A stretch of 33,044 nucleotides of DNA. It comes from Octopus bimaculoides. Taxonomy: Eukaryota. Position numbers and translations under genes: made by a program. The stretch spans positions 7,937,936-7,970,979 of the forward strand of contig NC_069009.1 in NCBI RefSeq assembly GCF_001194135.2, in the 5' to 3' direction. The notes under the pieces are model-generated. The model had not been told where the DNA came from and ran no database searches. It was given only the letters and a program-made list of their open reading frames with translations. Position 1 is the stretch's first letter, and the number at the start of each line of letters is the position of its first letter. Below, in pieces: positions 11,865 through 23,134 of the stretch.

Positions 11865-11921
11865 ATTGGATACGAACGTTTCGTGGTTAAGAGAATGAAA
11901 TTACCGCATCTTCAGCCCAAT
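11865..11921 (-). ncRNA. Putative minimal type I hammerhead ribozyme (Penelope-like element type)
   Basis: Minus strand: AUUGGG (stem I) CUGAAGA U GCGGU...ACCAC (imperfect stem II) GAA AC-GUUC-GU (stem III) A UCCAAU (stem I'). NUH triplet is GUA. Confidence 0.65.
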
Positions 11922-11978
11922 ATTCTGATAACTTTGAAAGTGTCTCTAAAAAATTCACGGTAATTTCTGGCCATGCGA

Positions 11979-12634
11979 CACCAAAAACCAACGAGAAGAA
12001 AAGGCACTTACGAATTCATCGGCTAGTGAGTTCAGGCACCTCACCCCAAATAAATCCATTCCATGTGCGTCACAAATAGTCCCGTATGAAAAAAAGTCCC
12101 ATGTGAAGGGATTACGGTTTAACCATCTAACTTAGAGGTATCAAATATAAAATATACAAGAATAAGGGCAGGGAATCGTCAATTAGTAATAGAATTAATA
12201 ATTAACAATTTTGCCAAGTAGTTCAGTATGAAAAAACCTTTATCGGTAAAACCATTTATCATCATAAATATACAGGGATTAGCATTGAGTTGCTTCTCCA
12301 ANNNNNNNNNNCACCAAAAACCAACGAGAAGAAAAGGCACTTACGAATTCATCGGCTAGTGAGTTCAGGCACCTCACCCCAAATAAATCCATTCCATGTG
12401 CGTCACAAATAGTCCCGTATGAAAAAAAGTCCCATGTGAAGGGATTACGGTTTAACCATCTAACTTAGAGGTATCAAATATAAAATATACAAGAATAAGG
12501 GCAGGGAATCGTCAATTAGTAATAGAATTAATAATTAACAATTTTGCCAAGTAGTTCAGTATGAAAAAACCTTTATCGGTAAAACCATTTATCATCATAA
12601 ATATACAGGGATTAGCATTGAGTTGCTTCTCCAA
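11979..12634. other. Exact 323-bp direct duplication across a 10-N gap (probable unmerged contig overlap)
   Basis: 11979-12301 appears identical to 12312-12634; the two copies are separated only by Ns at 12302-12311. Confidence 0.85.
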
Positions 12635-12969
12635 CATACTGAAAATTTAGAAATAGCAGTCAAAGAACTACTGATTCTAAACTACAAATTTTTCTCTAAA
12701 CTACTGATTAGATATATTGTGAAACGTTCTAACGGTCACTTAATCATGTAACATCTTAGCTTGTAAGTTACCTCATCATTTCGTATTTGTCTTGCTTTTA
12801 TATGTTGATTCCCTGAAGATGAATATATGTGGAATTCCAGCAGCTCTTACTTCTTTGTAGAAGGGCTCTCATATATTTTGAAACATGTGTAGGAATTAAA
12901 GGAACTTTTATTTATATGCGTTTTGCTCCATTTATTATTATTATTCATATATATATATATATATATATA

Positions 12970-13250
12970 TATCATCATCATTTAATGTCCATGTTCCATG
13001 CTGACATGGATTGGATGGTTTAACAAGGATCCAATGAATGAAGGATTGTGTCAACTTTGGCAAGGTTTCTTCAGCTGGATACCATTCCTAACACCAATCA
13101 CTTTGTAGTGTGTAATGGGTGCTTTTCTTGTACTACCAGTACTATTAAAGTCACTATGTAACTCATGAGTCAACAAACACAAGGAGGGTGGATGTTGCCT
13201 CTGTATGTTAAGGTATGCAGGAAGAGGTTGGGGTGGAGCAGGTTCTTGTT
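12970..13250 (-). mobile_element. Old RTE-type 3' tail / UTR copy
   Basis: catcatcatttaatgtccatgttccatgc...cagctggataccattcctaacaccaatcac; diverged homologue of 7884-8042. Confidence 0.7.
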
Positions 13251-13285
13251 GTAGAGGAGATACATGGCTACTCACATTTAGGAGA

Positions 13286-13329
<44 letters not shown>

Positions 13330-13984
13330 ATGAATTAGAGATATCTCCAAGCAGGTAGACAGAGGTAATGAGGTGTCCAGGTGGTACCTGAGGTAGCAAG
13401 GGGTACTGTAGGTAGGAGGGATGGGAGTTTGTAAGAGTGTGTGGGGGGAGAGATAAGGGAAGTGGTAGAGGGAGGTAGGGCAACCTCTGAAAGGATTGAA
13501 GGAAAGGGTGCATGAGCTGGGGAGGGTATAGGAACACTAGTGGTTTTGTAGTTGACGGGGGGGGGAGAAGAAAGAGAAAGAGAGAGAGGAGAGAGAGGGA
13601 GGGGAGGAGGAGAGAGAGGGAGAGAGAGAAGGAAGAGGAGAGAGAGCAGAGGTGGGGGAGAGATGAGGTATTTGGGTAGGCTGCAGCAGGAGCAGAGAAG
13701 GGAGAAAAAGACAGGTATGATGCAAAAAGAGAAATAATTTAGTGGGCCAGGTAGGAGGGCGGGGTGCCTCTGTAATGTGTGGGTGTGGAGAACAATATCA
13801 ATGGATAAAGAATGGCTAGCAAGTGAGATGGTTCTGGGCAGCAAGAGGGGAAAGTAGTATCAGGATGGTTGGGATGGGGAGCTACAGTAGATGAAATGGG
13901 GTGGATTGATTGATTGGGAGGGGGGGGGGCTTGTATATGTACACCCACACACACCCACACACACACACATACACACCCACACGT

Positions 13985-14335
13985 TATGTTCATCCATTGT
14001 TGATAAGGAGACCAGGACGTCACATAGGAGAACAAAACGGGTCAAGGATCATCTGACTGACTGATGAGGCTGATGCATGCTGGGAAGGTTCTATCACAGG
14101 TCGGGCATTGGTGGTCTGCTGGCAATGAACACAAGGAGCTGGCTTTGGACTTGTGCTGCTCATGTCTTCTTTGTGTTCTTGCGATTCTTTTCTGTTCGTA
14201 GGAGGTGGCATTTTTGTAGGGCTTGCATTTCCCATGTGTCAGGGTTGATCTGAAAGCACTTCAGTGAGGCTTTGAGTGTATTTTTAAAGGGCTTTTGCTG
14301 CCGATTTTGCGTGTGCTCTTGCCTTCTGCCAATTC
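13985..14335 (-). mobile_element. RTE (BovB-like) LINE 3' end
   Basis: With frameshifts, the minus strand gives ELAEGK...FKNTLKASLKCFQINPDTWE and a terminal CPTCDRTF..CISLISH zinc-finger-like motif, both characteristic of BovB-like RTE C-termini. Confidence 0.8.
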
Positions 14336-14399
14336 ACATATACATACATGCATGCATATGCCCATATGTATGCATACACATACAATATCCCCATGCAGT

Positions 14400-15770
14400 G
14401 CTTCTAGAAGTTAGTTTCATCATGATGGGTGGGCTTTCATGAAGACCTCATGTTGCCAGATATCCCAGTATTCCAGTACATTGCAATTTCCTCTGTGAGG
14501 CTCAGGATCTTGAGGTAAGCTTTCACCACTTCATCCCATGTCTTCGTGGGTCTCCCTCATCCACAAGCTCCAGCCACAATTAGTGTTTGGCACTTCTTTA
14601 TACAGCTGTCCTCACTCACATGCATCACATGTCTGTACCAAGAGCAGTCTTCTTTCTTGCACACCACATCTGATTCTTCTCATGCCCAGTTTTTTTCTCA
14701 GCACATTTATACGAGGTCGTATTACAAGGTTCCTGGACTAGTTATGTTTAATAAAAAATAACCCCTCTACTTAGGTTTTAACATCATCTCCTTTGAAATA
14801 GTTACCTTGCACAGCAATACACTGGTCCCAGCGTTCCTACCACTTTTGGACTCCAGCCTGGAAGTCATTTTCCGCAAACAAGTCATGGACCTTCTGCGAT
14901 ACTTCTTGATCTCAACAACAGTGTTAAAACAGCAACCTTTGAGCTGCATTTTCATCTTGGGGAAGAGACAGAAGTCCACAAGTGCTGAATCTGGCGAAAT
15001 AGGATGGGTACAAAAGTGATACCATGTTGTTTTTAGTGAGAAATTCATGAGTAGAACTCAGTGACAGGATGCATTGTCATCATGAAGAATTCAATTTTTC
15101 GTGCTCCACAGATTTGGTTGCTTTTATCAAATGTTCTCTCTCAAACACTTCAAAACGTCATTGATTGTTCTCTGACGATCCTCATGCACAAATTGATGAA
15201 TTTTCTCCACATTTCCAGGGCTGGTCTTCTAAATTGCTCATCATCTTCCAAGGATGTTCCTCTGCTTCTGAAGTGTCTATGCCACCTGAAACATTATATA
15301 TGACTCATCACCAAGTCACTGTAAGCTTGTCAAAGCATGCTCAATGTCTCTGTAGCTTAATGCAAAATTTCATGCTGACTCTTTGTTCCTGTCCACGACA
15401 AAATCACAAACTGCAGCATACATGCGATCACAAAATCACAAACTGCAGCATACATGCGATCACAAAAACACAAATTTCACAACTTGCAAAGTAAACACAA
15501 CAATGTCACTCAGCACACAGCCTCATGAAGATCACTGCTAACTCTCACTGTGCATGCAATGCAACCGCGTGCTGCCATCTGTTGGCATACTACAGAACTA
15601 GTCTGGGAACTTCTTGATATCACCTCATACAATGTCATTCAAGCACAAATACATTGCACATCCAACAGATTATGTTCACTTCATTTCTTTCCAGTCTTCT
15701 CATGTCCTCTGTATTCAAGGCCTATGTTTCACTATGATACAGCATTGCAATTCTAACACATGCATCATAT
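14400..15770 (-). mobile_element. RTE LINE fragment split by a mariner insertion
   Basis: 14400-14709 encodes GRPTKTWDEVVK and ERRL.WY-like residues; 15630-15770 continues upstream with a decayed ETW region; same family as 1-665. Confidence 0.75.
14712..15627 (-). mobile_element. Mariner (family C), internally deleted, both TIRs, TA TSD
   Basis: TA|cgaggtcgtattacaaggttcctggact at the left and agtctgggaacttcttgatatcacctca|TA at the right; C-terminal peptide SPDSALVDFCLFPKMKMQLKG.CFNTVVEI; perfect 32-bp internal duplication at 15399-15462. Confidence 0.9.
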
Positions 15771-16581
15771 AATATGTCCTTCATTCTGTGTGTGTGTGTG
15801 GGGGGGGAACCTTTGTTGCCAGCAGTAACAGAAGCTCCCAAACTTTTTTCCAGAGAGTTACTCTGCTTTAAAAGCAGTCACTTCCCTCATACACACACAT
15901 TTCATTTATTCCACTAACAAGGGGGGGGGGGAAGAGAGTAACATAAAGAAACAAACCCCCAAAAATCCAGCTTACAATTTTTTTGTATCATTTTATTTAT
16001 AACATTTAAATAGAAAGAAACAGGAGAAAAAGAGAGATAAGAAAGGTAAAGAAAAGAAAAAAAGGATGGGGTGGGGGTAAAGCAGCAGAAGATGGAGGGG
16101 GTGATGGGTAATATACTCCAGAAAAAAACGATGTGTTCAGCTGTGGCCCTCAGTAGTGACCATGATGGCGTTGCTGTAGAGAATGGCCCGCAACATTCAC
16201 TGCAGCTGCTCCTACATCCCAATGGGATCAATTCTAGTATGGGAGAAAATATCCCTATTTTGCAGAGGAAATAGGTAGTATGGGATTGTAGAACACCTGA
16301 AATCTTGACAGTAACTGACACAAATTGATAGCAGCTGGTCAGGCACCTGTATTGTATTTATTGATTTTTCTCTCCTCTTTGTTATGGGTGGTGACACTTG
16401 AGTTTGCAGCTGATACTGCAAGTTTGGAGCTGGACAATGTGTCGCTGCGCATCATGTCCCAGACTACAAATCTGTCTCCCTTGCATGGGAGGAGGGTTAT
16501 TCTGTTGGGAGAACTGTCACCTTCCTCAGCAAAAATGCACAACAAGACTAGGCAATTGCTATGAAGTGGTATATGGAGAAG

Positions 16582-16741
16582 GAATGTTAGGTAACAGTCC
16601 AATTATGTAACCCTGCACTCATCAGAGGTATCCAATATGGAATGAAATATGGTGACTGCTCTATATTGTTGGAGGTGAATAGACAGATTATGTAGCCCTG
16701 ATGAGTGCAGGGTTACACAACTGGACTGTAATCTAATATTC
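16582..16741. repeat. Inverted repeat, 44-bp arms (39/44 match, inner 20 bp perfect), 72-bp spacer
   Basis: 16606-16625 tgtaaccctgcactcatcag is the exact reverse complement of 16698-16717; the match extends outward with mismatches. Confidence 0.9.
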
Positions 16742-16879
16742 AGTTGAATCCCTAGCACAAAATTGATTAGAAAGATCAGCTGTAATGGATATATAATCAC
16801 TGTACACCTCAATTAATATACCAAATCTATTGACAGATATATGAGTGCATTTTTTCCTGACTTATGGACTCTTAGATGA

Positions 16880-17210
16880 CATGGCTCAGTGGTTAGAGGG
16901 GGTTGGCTCTCAGTTATTAGATTGTGAGTTTGATTCCTGCACTGGGCTGTGTGCAGTGTTCTTGAGCAAGACACTTTATTTCACATTGCTCCAGTTTGCT
17001 CAGGTGTAGAAATGAGTTGCAACATCATCGGTGCCAAACTGTATCAGCCTTTGCTTTTTCCTTGGATGGCATCAGTGGCATGGAGAGGGGAGACTGCTAT
17101 GCATGGGCGACTGCTGGTCTTCCATAAACAACCTTGCCCAGACTTGTGCCTCGGAGGGGAACTTTCTGGGTGCAATCCCATGGTCATTCATGACTGAAGG
17201 GGGTCTACCT
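16880..17210 (+). mobile_element. tRNA-derived SINE, near full length
   Basis: A-box-like tggctcagtggttagag, B-box-like gagtttgattcc, and a CORE-like ttcttgagcaagacacttt segment. Confidence 0.7.
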
Positions 17211-17216
17211 ATATAT

Positions 17217-17255
<39 letters not shown>

Positions 17256-17314
17256 TATATAGATAGACGGATAAACATAGATAGATAGATAGATATGTAT
17301 ATTCATTTATACGA

Positions 17315-17465
17315 TGAGCTTCTTTCAGTTTCTGTCTACCAAATCCACTCACAAGGCTTTGATTGGTCTGAGGCTATATTAGAAGGCACTTTTCTAAGGT
17401 GCCACGCAGTAGGACTGAACCCAGAAGCATATAGCTGAGAAGCAAACTTCTTACCATACAGCTCT
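17315..17465 (-). mobile_element. tRNA-derived SINE head (same family as 5245-5395)
   Basis: ttctttcagtttctgtctaccaaatccactcacaaggc...ggactgaacccagaa...cttaccatacagc. Confidence 0.8.
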
Positions 17466-17709
17466 GACTGCACCTTAAATAGTAACATTGGTCCTCTCAA
17501 GGTTCAAGGTTTCTCCAAAGTTGATATAAGATTAAGGAAGAGAACAGATTTTTTTGGCTGGGGATAGATAAGAGGACAGTTTTCTGCCCAACTTCTGTCT
17601 CCCAAATTCCATTTGCAAGGCATCAGCCAACCCAGAGGCACCATGCAATAAGAATGAACCTGTAATGACATGGTTGCAAAACAATTTTCATAATATCAGA
17701 GTTAAAAGG

Positions 17710-18080
17710 TGATGGTCATGGTTGAGGTGGTGTTTGTGTCATGTTGGTGATGGTAGTGGTGGTGGCAGTGGTTGCGGTGGTGATGGTGGTGTTGGTGATG
17801 GTGGTGTGGTGGTGGAGGCATGGGCGTAATGTTGACGGTGGTGGTGGTGGTGGTGGAAGTGATGGTGATTGTGGTGGTTGTGGCACTAGTGATGTTGGTG
17901 GTGGTGGTGGTGGTAGTATTACTGACATGTTGGTTTTAGAAATGGTGGCAGTGGTGGTGGTTGTGGTGTTGATGGTGGTAAGAGGGGTGGAAGTGGTGGT
18001 TGTGGTATTGGTATTGTGTTGGGAATGCTGTGGGTGGTGTTGATGGTGGTGGTGGTGATAATTATGGTGGTAGTGTGTGA
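17710..18080. repeat. Degenerate (GGT)n low-complexity tract
   Basis: Directly visible. Confidence 0.85.
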
Positions 18081-18219
18081 TTGTTTATTAATTGCTTCAG
18101 TGTTTACTTGCTAATTATATTAATCAATTGTGGCACGAAAATAAACTCCCTGAACACACACACACACACACATACGCAGGAGTTTTATCTATTTTTTGGC
18201 TCCAATGTAAAGATTTATG

Positions 18220-18256
<37 letters not shown>

Positions 18257-18414
18257 ATGTGTGTATAGATGTGTGCATGCATTATGCGAGTCTGTGTATA
18301 TACTTGTATTTATGCATACAAGTATGTTTGTAAGATACATACACATATATATATGTATATATGTGTGTGTGTGTGTGTGTGTATGTGTCTATGTATATAT
18401 ATATATATATATTA

Positions 18415-18471
<57 letters not shown>

Positions 18472-18939
18472 ATAGATAGAAGGATAAATAGATATCTGTC
18501 TAGCAGTGTATCTATTGCTCTATCTCTTTATATCTGCTTATATACACATATTATTTAAAACATGGCTATGATATGAACTAGTTTTAAGTTGTGTACGTTT
18601 TTTGTTTCCTATTTTTCTGTTACTTACAGTTTTTTTTCGTTTTTTGCTGAAACAGTAAACTTCCGAAATCCATCCTCAACACTTCTAGACATGTCTCAGT
18701 CAATGACTTGTGGATCATCTCTGTCTTATACCCTTACTGTCTGTGTGTGTTTGTGAGTATGTATATGCGAATGCATGTATACATGTATGTGCATATGTAT
18801 GTATATATACATACACACACACATATATATATGTGTGTATATATATACACACATATACATATATAGACGTCAGTGTGCGTGCATCTATATGTGTGTTTGT
18901 ATGCATACATATACTCATATACACATACATATAAGTGGC

Positions 18940-18991
<52 letters not shown>

Positions 18992-19129
18992 NNNNNNNNN
19001 NNNNNNNNNNNNNNNNNNNNNNNNNNNNNNNNNNNNNNNNNNNNNNNNNNNNNNNNNATATATATAATGTATGTATATATATATAATGTATGTACATATA
19101 CATATATATATATGTACATACATTATATA

Positions 19130-19196
19130 AAGGTGGTGCTCCAGCATGGCCACAGTCAAAAGACTGAAACAAGTAAAATAGTAAAAATAGTAAAAT
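19130..19196 (+). mobile_element. Very short SINE 3' tail fragment
   Basis: aaggtggtgctccagcatggccacagtcaaaagactgaaacaagtaaaatagtaaaa is the reverse complement of the SINE end at 29482-29535. Confidence 0.8.
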
Positions 19197-20624
19197 ATAT
19201 ATGTATATCTATCTATATATACATATATATGTATATATAGATAGATATACATATATATATATATAATGTATGTATATATATATAATGTATGTACATATAC
19301 ATATATATATATGTACATACATTATATATATACATACATTATATATATATATATGTATATCTATCTATATATACATATATATGTATTCATGTATATACAT
19401 ATGCATGTACATATGCATATATACATACATTTGTATGCATGTATATATGCATATATTTGCATAGATATATATGTTTATATAGATGCATATATGTATATCT
19501 ATGTGTACAAATATACATACATGTATGCATATATATGTATATTTACATTGAAACACATATGCATGCATACATGTGCACATATAAACTCATACACACATGC
19601 ATGCAAACAGTCTCTTACACACACACATACATGCTGTTGCCATTCCACTCACTACCCCAGCCCTACCCTCTCCCCCTCCCCAGGATTTCAGTATCCTTGG
19701 GGCCATCCAATACAGCTGCCTCCACTGTTTTTTTTATGCCTGTTTTCATTGCTGCTGCTGCTGGTGTTACCGATGTGCAGCTATAGCTGTTTTTGTAGTT
19801 GTTGTTGTAAACAGGCTCTAAGTTGATTTAGCTAAAAATCTAAACTTGACCCCCTGACTTCTCTAATCTATATCTCTCCTGATTCACACATTGTGTGGTA
19901 ATTGGGTGATTCTCGGTCAGAGGGTCAGCTGATAATTTTTTCTTCTACTTCTGGGTGGTGGTTTGGTCTTGGTGGTTGTCATAATGGTATCGTGGTATGT
20001 GCAATAGTTCTAGTGTGGTGGTGTGATGTTTTTGTGGTAGTATATGAATTAGTGACAGTGGTGATGGTATAGTACAGTGTCTGTTGATGGTAGTGATTAT
20101 TGTGGCTGTTGTGGTTTGGGTATCGCTGAGTTATGATGGTATGCATAATGGTTGTAATGTTGTGATGTGATGGTTTTGTGGTAGTATGTGGTAGTTGGAT
20201 GGTATAGTACAGTGCTCTGTTGGTAGATGTGGTACATTGGTATGTGCAATAGCTGTAGTTTGGTGGTGTGATGGTTTTGTGGTAGTATGTAGTGGCAGTT
20301 TATGAATTGGTGATGGTGATAGTGGTGGTAGTTGTTGTAGTGTGGTGGTATGGTTGTGATGCTATGATGGTATGTATCATGGTTGTAGTGAGGTATTGGT
20401 GGTCGTCATTGTTGTAGTAGTGGTAGTTGTCCTTTTGGAGGTGGTGGTTGATGTGATTGTAGTCATTGTTATTGTTGTTGTTGTAGTAGTAGTGGTGGTC
20501 GTTGTTGTTGTGGTGGTAGTGGTATGTTGTTTGTGGTAGTAGCATGATATGGCAGGGGTATCTGTGGTTATGCATGTTGTTGCATGTTGTGGTGGTGTGA
20601 TAATCACATTTGTTGTATATCTGA

Positions 20625-21848
20625 TGGTGGTAGTTGTGGTAGGTGGTATGGTGTGGTAGGTGGTATGGTGTGGTGGTAGTTGTGGTAGGTGGTATGGTGT
20701 GGTGGTAGTTGTGGTAGGTGGTATGGTGTGGTGGTAGTTGTGGTAGGTGGTATGGTGTGATGGTAGTTGTGGTAGGTGGTATGGTGTGATGGTAGTTGTG
20801 GTAGGTGGTATGGTGTGGTGGTAGGNNNNNNNNNNNNNNNNNNNNNNNNNNNNNNNNNNNNNNNNNNNNNNNNNNNNNNNNNNNNNNNNNNNNNNNNNNN
20901 NNNNNNNNNNNNNNNNNNNNNNNNNNNNNNNNNNNNNNNNNNNNNNNNNNNNNNNNNNNNNNNNNNNNNNNNNNNNNNNNNNNNNNNNNNNNNNNNNNNN
21001 NNNNNNNNNNNNNNNNNNNNNNNNNNNNNNNNNNNNNNNNNNNNNNNNNNNNNNNNNNNNNNNNNNNNNNNNNNNNNNNNNNNNNNNNNNNNNNNNNNNN
21101 NNNNNNNNNNNNNNNNNNNNNNNNNNNNNNNNNNNNNNNNNNNNNNNNNNNNNNNNNNNNNNNNNNNNNNNNNNNNNNNNNNNNNNNNNNNNNNNNNNNN
21201 NNNNNNNNNNNNNNNNNNNNNNNNNNNNNNNNNNNNNNNNNNNNNNNNNNNNNNNNNNNNNNNNNNNNNNNNNNNNNNNNNNNNNNNNNNNNNNNNNNNN
21301 NNNNNNNNNNNNNNNNNNNNNNNNNNNNNNNNNNNNNNNNNNNNNNNNNNNNNNNNNNNNNNNNNNNNNNNNNNNNNNNNNNNNNNNNNNNNNNNNNNNN
21401 NNNNNNNNNNNNNNNNNNNNNNNNNNNNNNNNNNNNNNNNNNNNNNNNNNNNNNNNNNNNNNNNNNNNNNNNNNNNNNNNNNNNNNNNNNNNNNNNNNNN
21501 NNNNNNNNNNNNNNNNNNNNNNNNNNNNNNNNNNNNNNNNNNNNNNNNNNNNNNNNNNNNNNNNNNNNNNNNNNNNNNNNNNNNNNNNNNNNNNNNNNNN
21601 NNNNNNNNNNNNNNNNNNNNNNNNNNNNNNNNNNNNNNNNNNNNNNNNNNNNNNNNNNNNNNGTGGTATGGTGTGGTGGTAGTTGTGGTAGGTGGTATGG
21701 TGTGATGGTAGTTGTGGTAGGTGGTATGGTGTGGTGGTAGTTGTGGTAGGTGGTATGGTGTGATGGTAGTTGTGGTAGGTGGTATGGTGTGATGGTAGTT
21801 GTGGTAGGTGGTATGGTGTGGTGGTAGGTGGTATGGTGTGATGGTGGC
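20625..21848. repeat. 29-bp G/T minisatellite (ggtggtatggtgtggtggtagttgtggta)n spanning a gap
   Basis: Near-perfect units on both sides of the Ns at 20826-21662; includes a tgtgatggta variant. Confidence 0.92.
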
Positions 21849-22321
21849 GAGGTAGTAGTGCTATTACTGATGATGTTGGTGTTCTGTTAGATTTTGTTGC
21901 TGTTTAACCCTGGCTCAGTCCTGATCTAGCAGACCTATTGTCAAAGATGTTCCAGCTGTGATCATGACATCCTTTATTCAAACTAAGTGTATCTAGGACT
22001 ACATTATCCAATGTATAATATAGTAAATACAACAGCTAAATGTTGTGTACTATTGAATGGGGAAAGAAAATGGATGCATCTCATCTGGGGAGCAGTCAAC
22101 AAATTCTATATAGATATTTGTGAAGGAATTTCACATAACAGATGAAGATCGATCTGTCTCCAAAGAAACTCACTTCCGACTTTACACAGATATAACAAGA
22201 AGCAAGACAAGATACAGCTTTTGTCAAAGGCACAATGGAAATCACCAGAAGCCAAACCAAAGGCCCAACTACACAGAACAACCACAAAATAAAGAACCAA
22301 CCTCTAAACTAACAAACAAAT

Positions 22322-22970
22322 GTTTCTTCTCTTCTTCTTTATTCCCTAGCTGGCAACTGGAAGGGGAGGCTATCCTCTCAACCAATATGCTGCTGAGGAT
22401 GCTACTGGCTGAAGTGCTCTGGTGATGATGTTATTCCATGCTTTCGGATCGATGGTGCTGACTTTAGCATGCTTGAGTTTGAGACGCTGTGACATCAAAT
22501 TGTTATTCGTTTTGCCCATGTTATTTTTGGTGTGCTGGGTTGCTGCCACCACAAAAGCTGGTGTGGTAGTCTGGCAGACATGGCAAAACCATTGTAGCTG
22601 GTACTTCTGAAAATGATCTTCAATGGTCAGCTCCTGCTGGCATTACTCTCGGATGTTGTAGTTTGAGATTTGGTGACATAGAGAGACACCTAGGATCTGA
22701 TGAAGACATCGCATTTGGAACACCTTGAGCTTGTTCAGGTCCTGTTTGAGGATTGTCTTGGTCTCAGTACTGTAGAAAAGGACAGGCAGAACCAGTGTGG
22801 AGAAAAGATGGATCTTGTTCCTTAGGGAGATGTTGTGACACCATTGAAGGGATGCAAATGCAGAAGGCACAGACTCAGTTTGGCAGTCGATCTCTGCTGT
22901 CGATGACTCTTTCTTCTCCGCAACCAGTGAGCTGAGGCAAGTTTATTCACCCAGAGATTACCAACCTGAA
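22322..22970 (-). mobile_element. RTE LINE 3' fragment with (GAA)n-like tail
   Basis: ISLRNKIHLFSTLVLPVLFYSTET...LNKLKVFQMRCLHQILGVSL..QISNYNIRE...QLQWFCHV is the typical RTE post-RT region. Confidence 0.85.
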
Positions 22971-23134
22971 GTATTAACATACAGAAGAATACAAAATCCC
23001 AACATAAAATCCTGAAGCTTAAAAGGAAATCCGTTTTTGTAGTGAGGAGATCTCTCACCAGAAAAAAGAAGAAAATAATAATATCATCTGCAAGAAATAT
23101 CGATTTCAAAATTTGGCTCAATTTGGGGAAGGGC

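Noticed and set aside
11979-12634. Exact 323-bp tandem duplication (could look like a tandem pseudo-LTR)
   Set aside because: The copies appear identical and are separated only by a 10-N placeholder, the signature of an unmerged contig overlap; long reads would be needed to call it real.
12700-12840. Second hammerhead-like motifs (ctgattag...gaaacgttc; ctgaagatg)
   Set aside because: The core is mutated or GAAA is missing, and no convincing stem I or II can be formed.
17716-18043. Pro/Thr- or Gly/Val-rich ORFs resembling formin or mucin segments (also 9844-10101, 20300-20607)
   Set aside because: Degenerate (GGT)n tracts are open in several frames on both strands; no splice context or family motif.
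19680-19826. Plus-strand acceptor-like site followed by a Cys/Leu-rich ORF
   Set aside because: All three frames are open because of GCT/GTT repeats; no discriminating evidence for coding.
20625-21848. Telomere-like or CRISPR-like array
   Set aside because: The unit is not TTAGGG-type, there are no unique spacers, and the context is eukaryotic.
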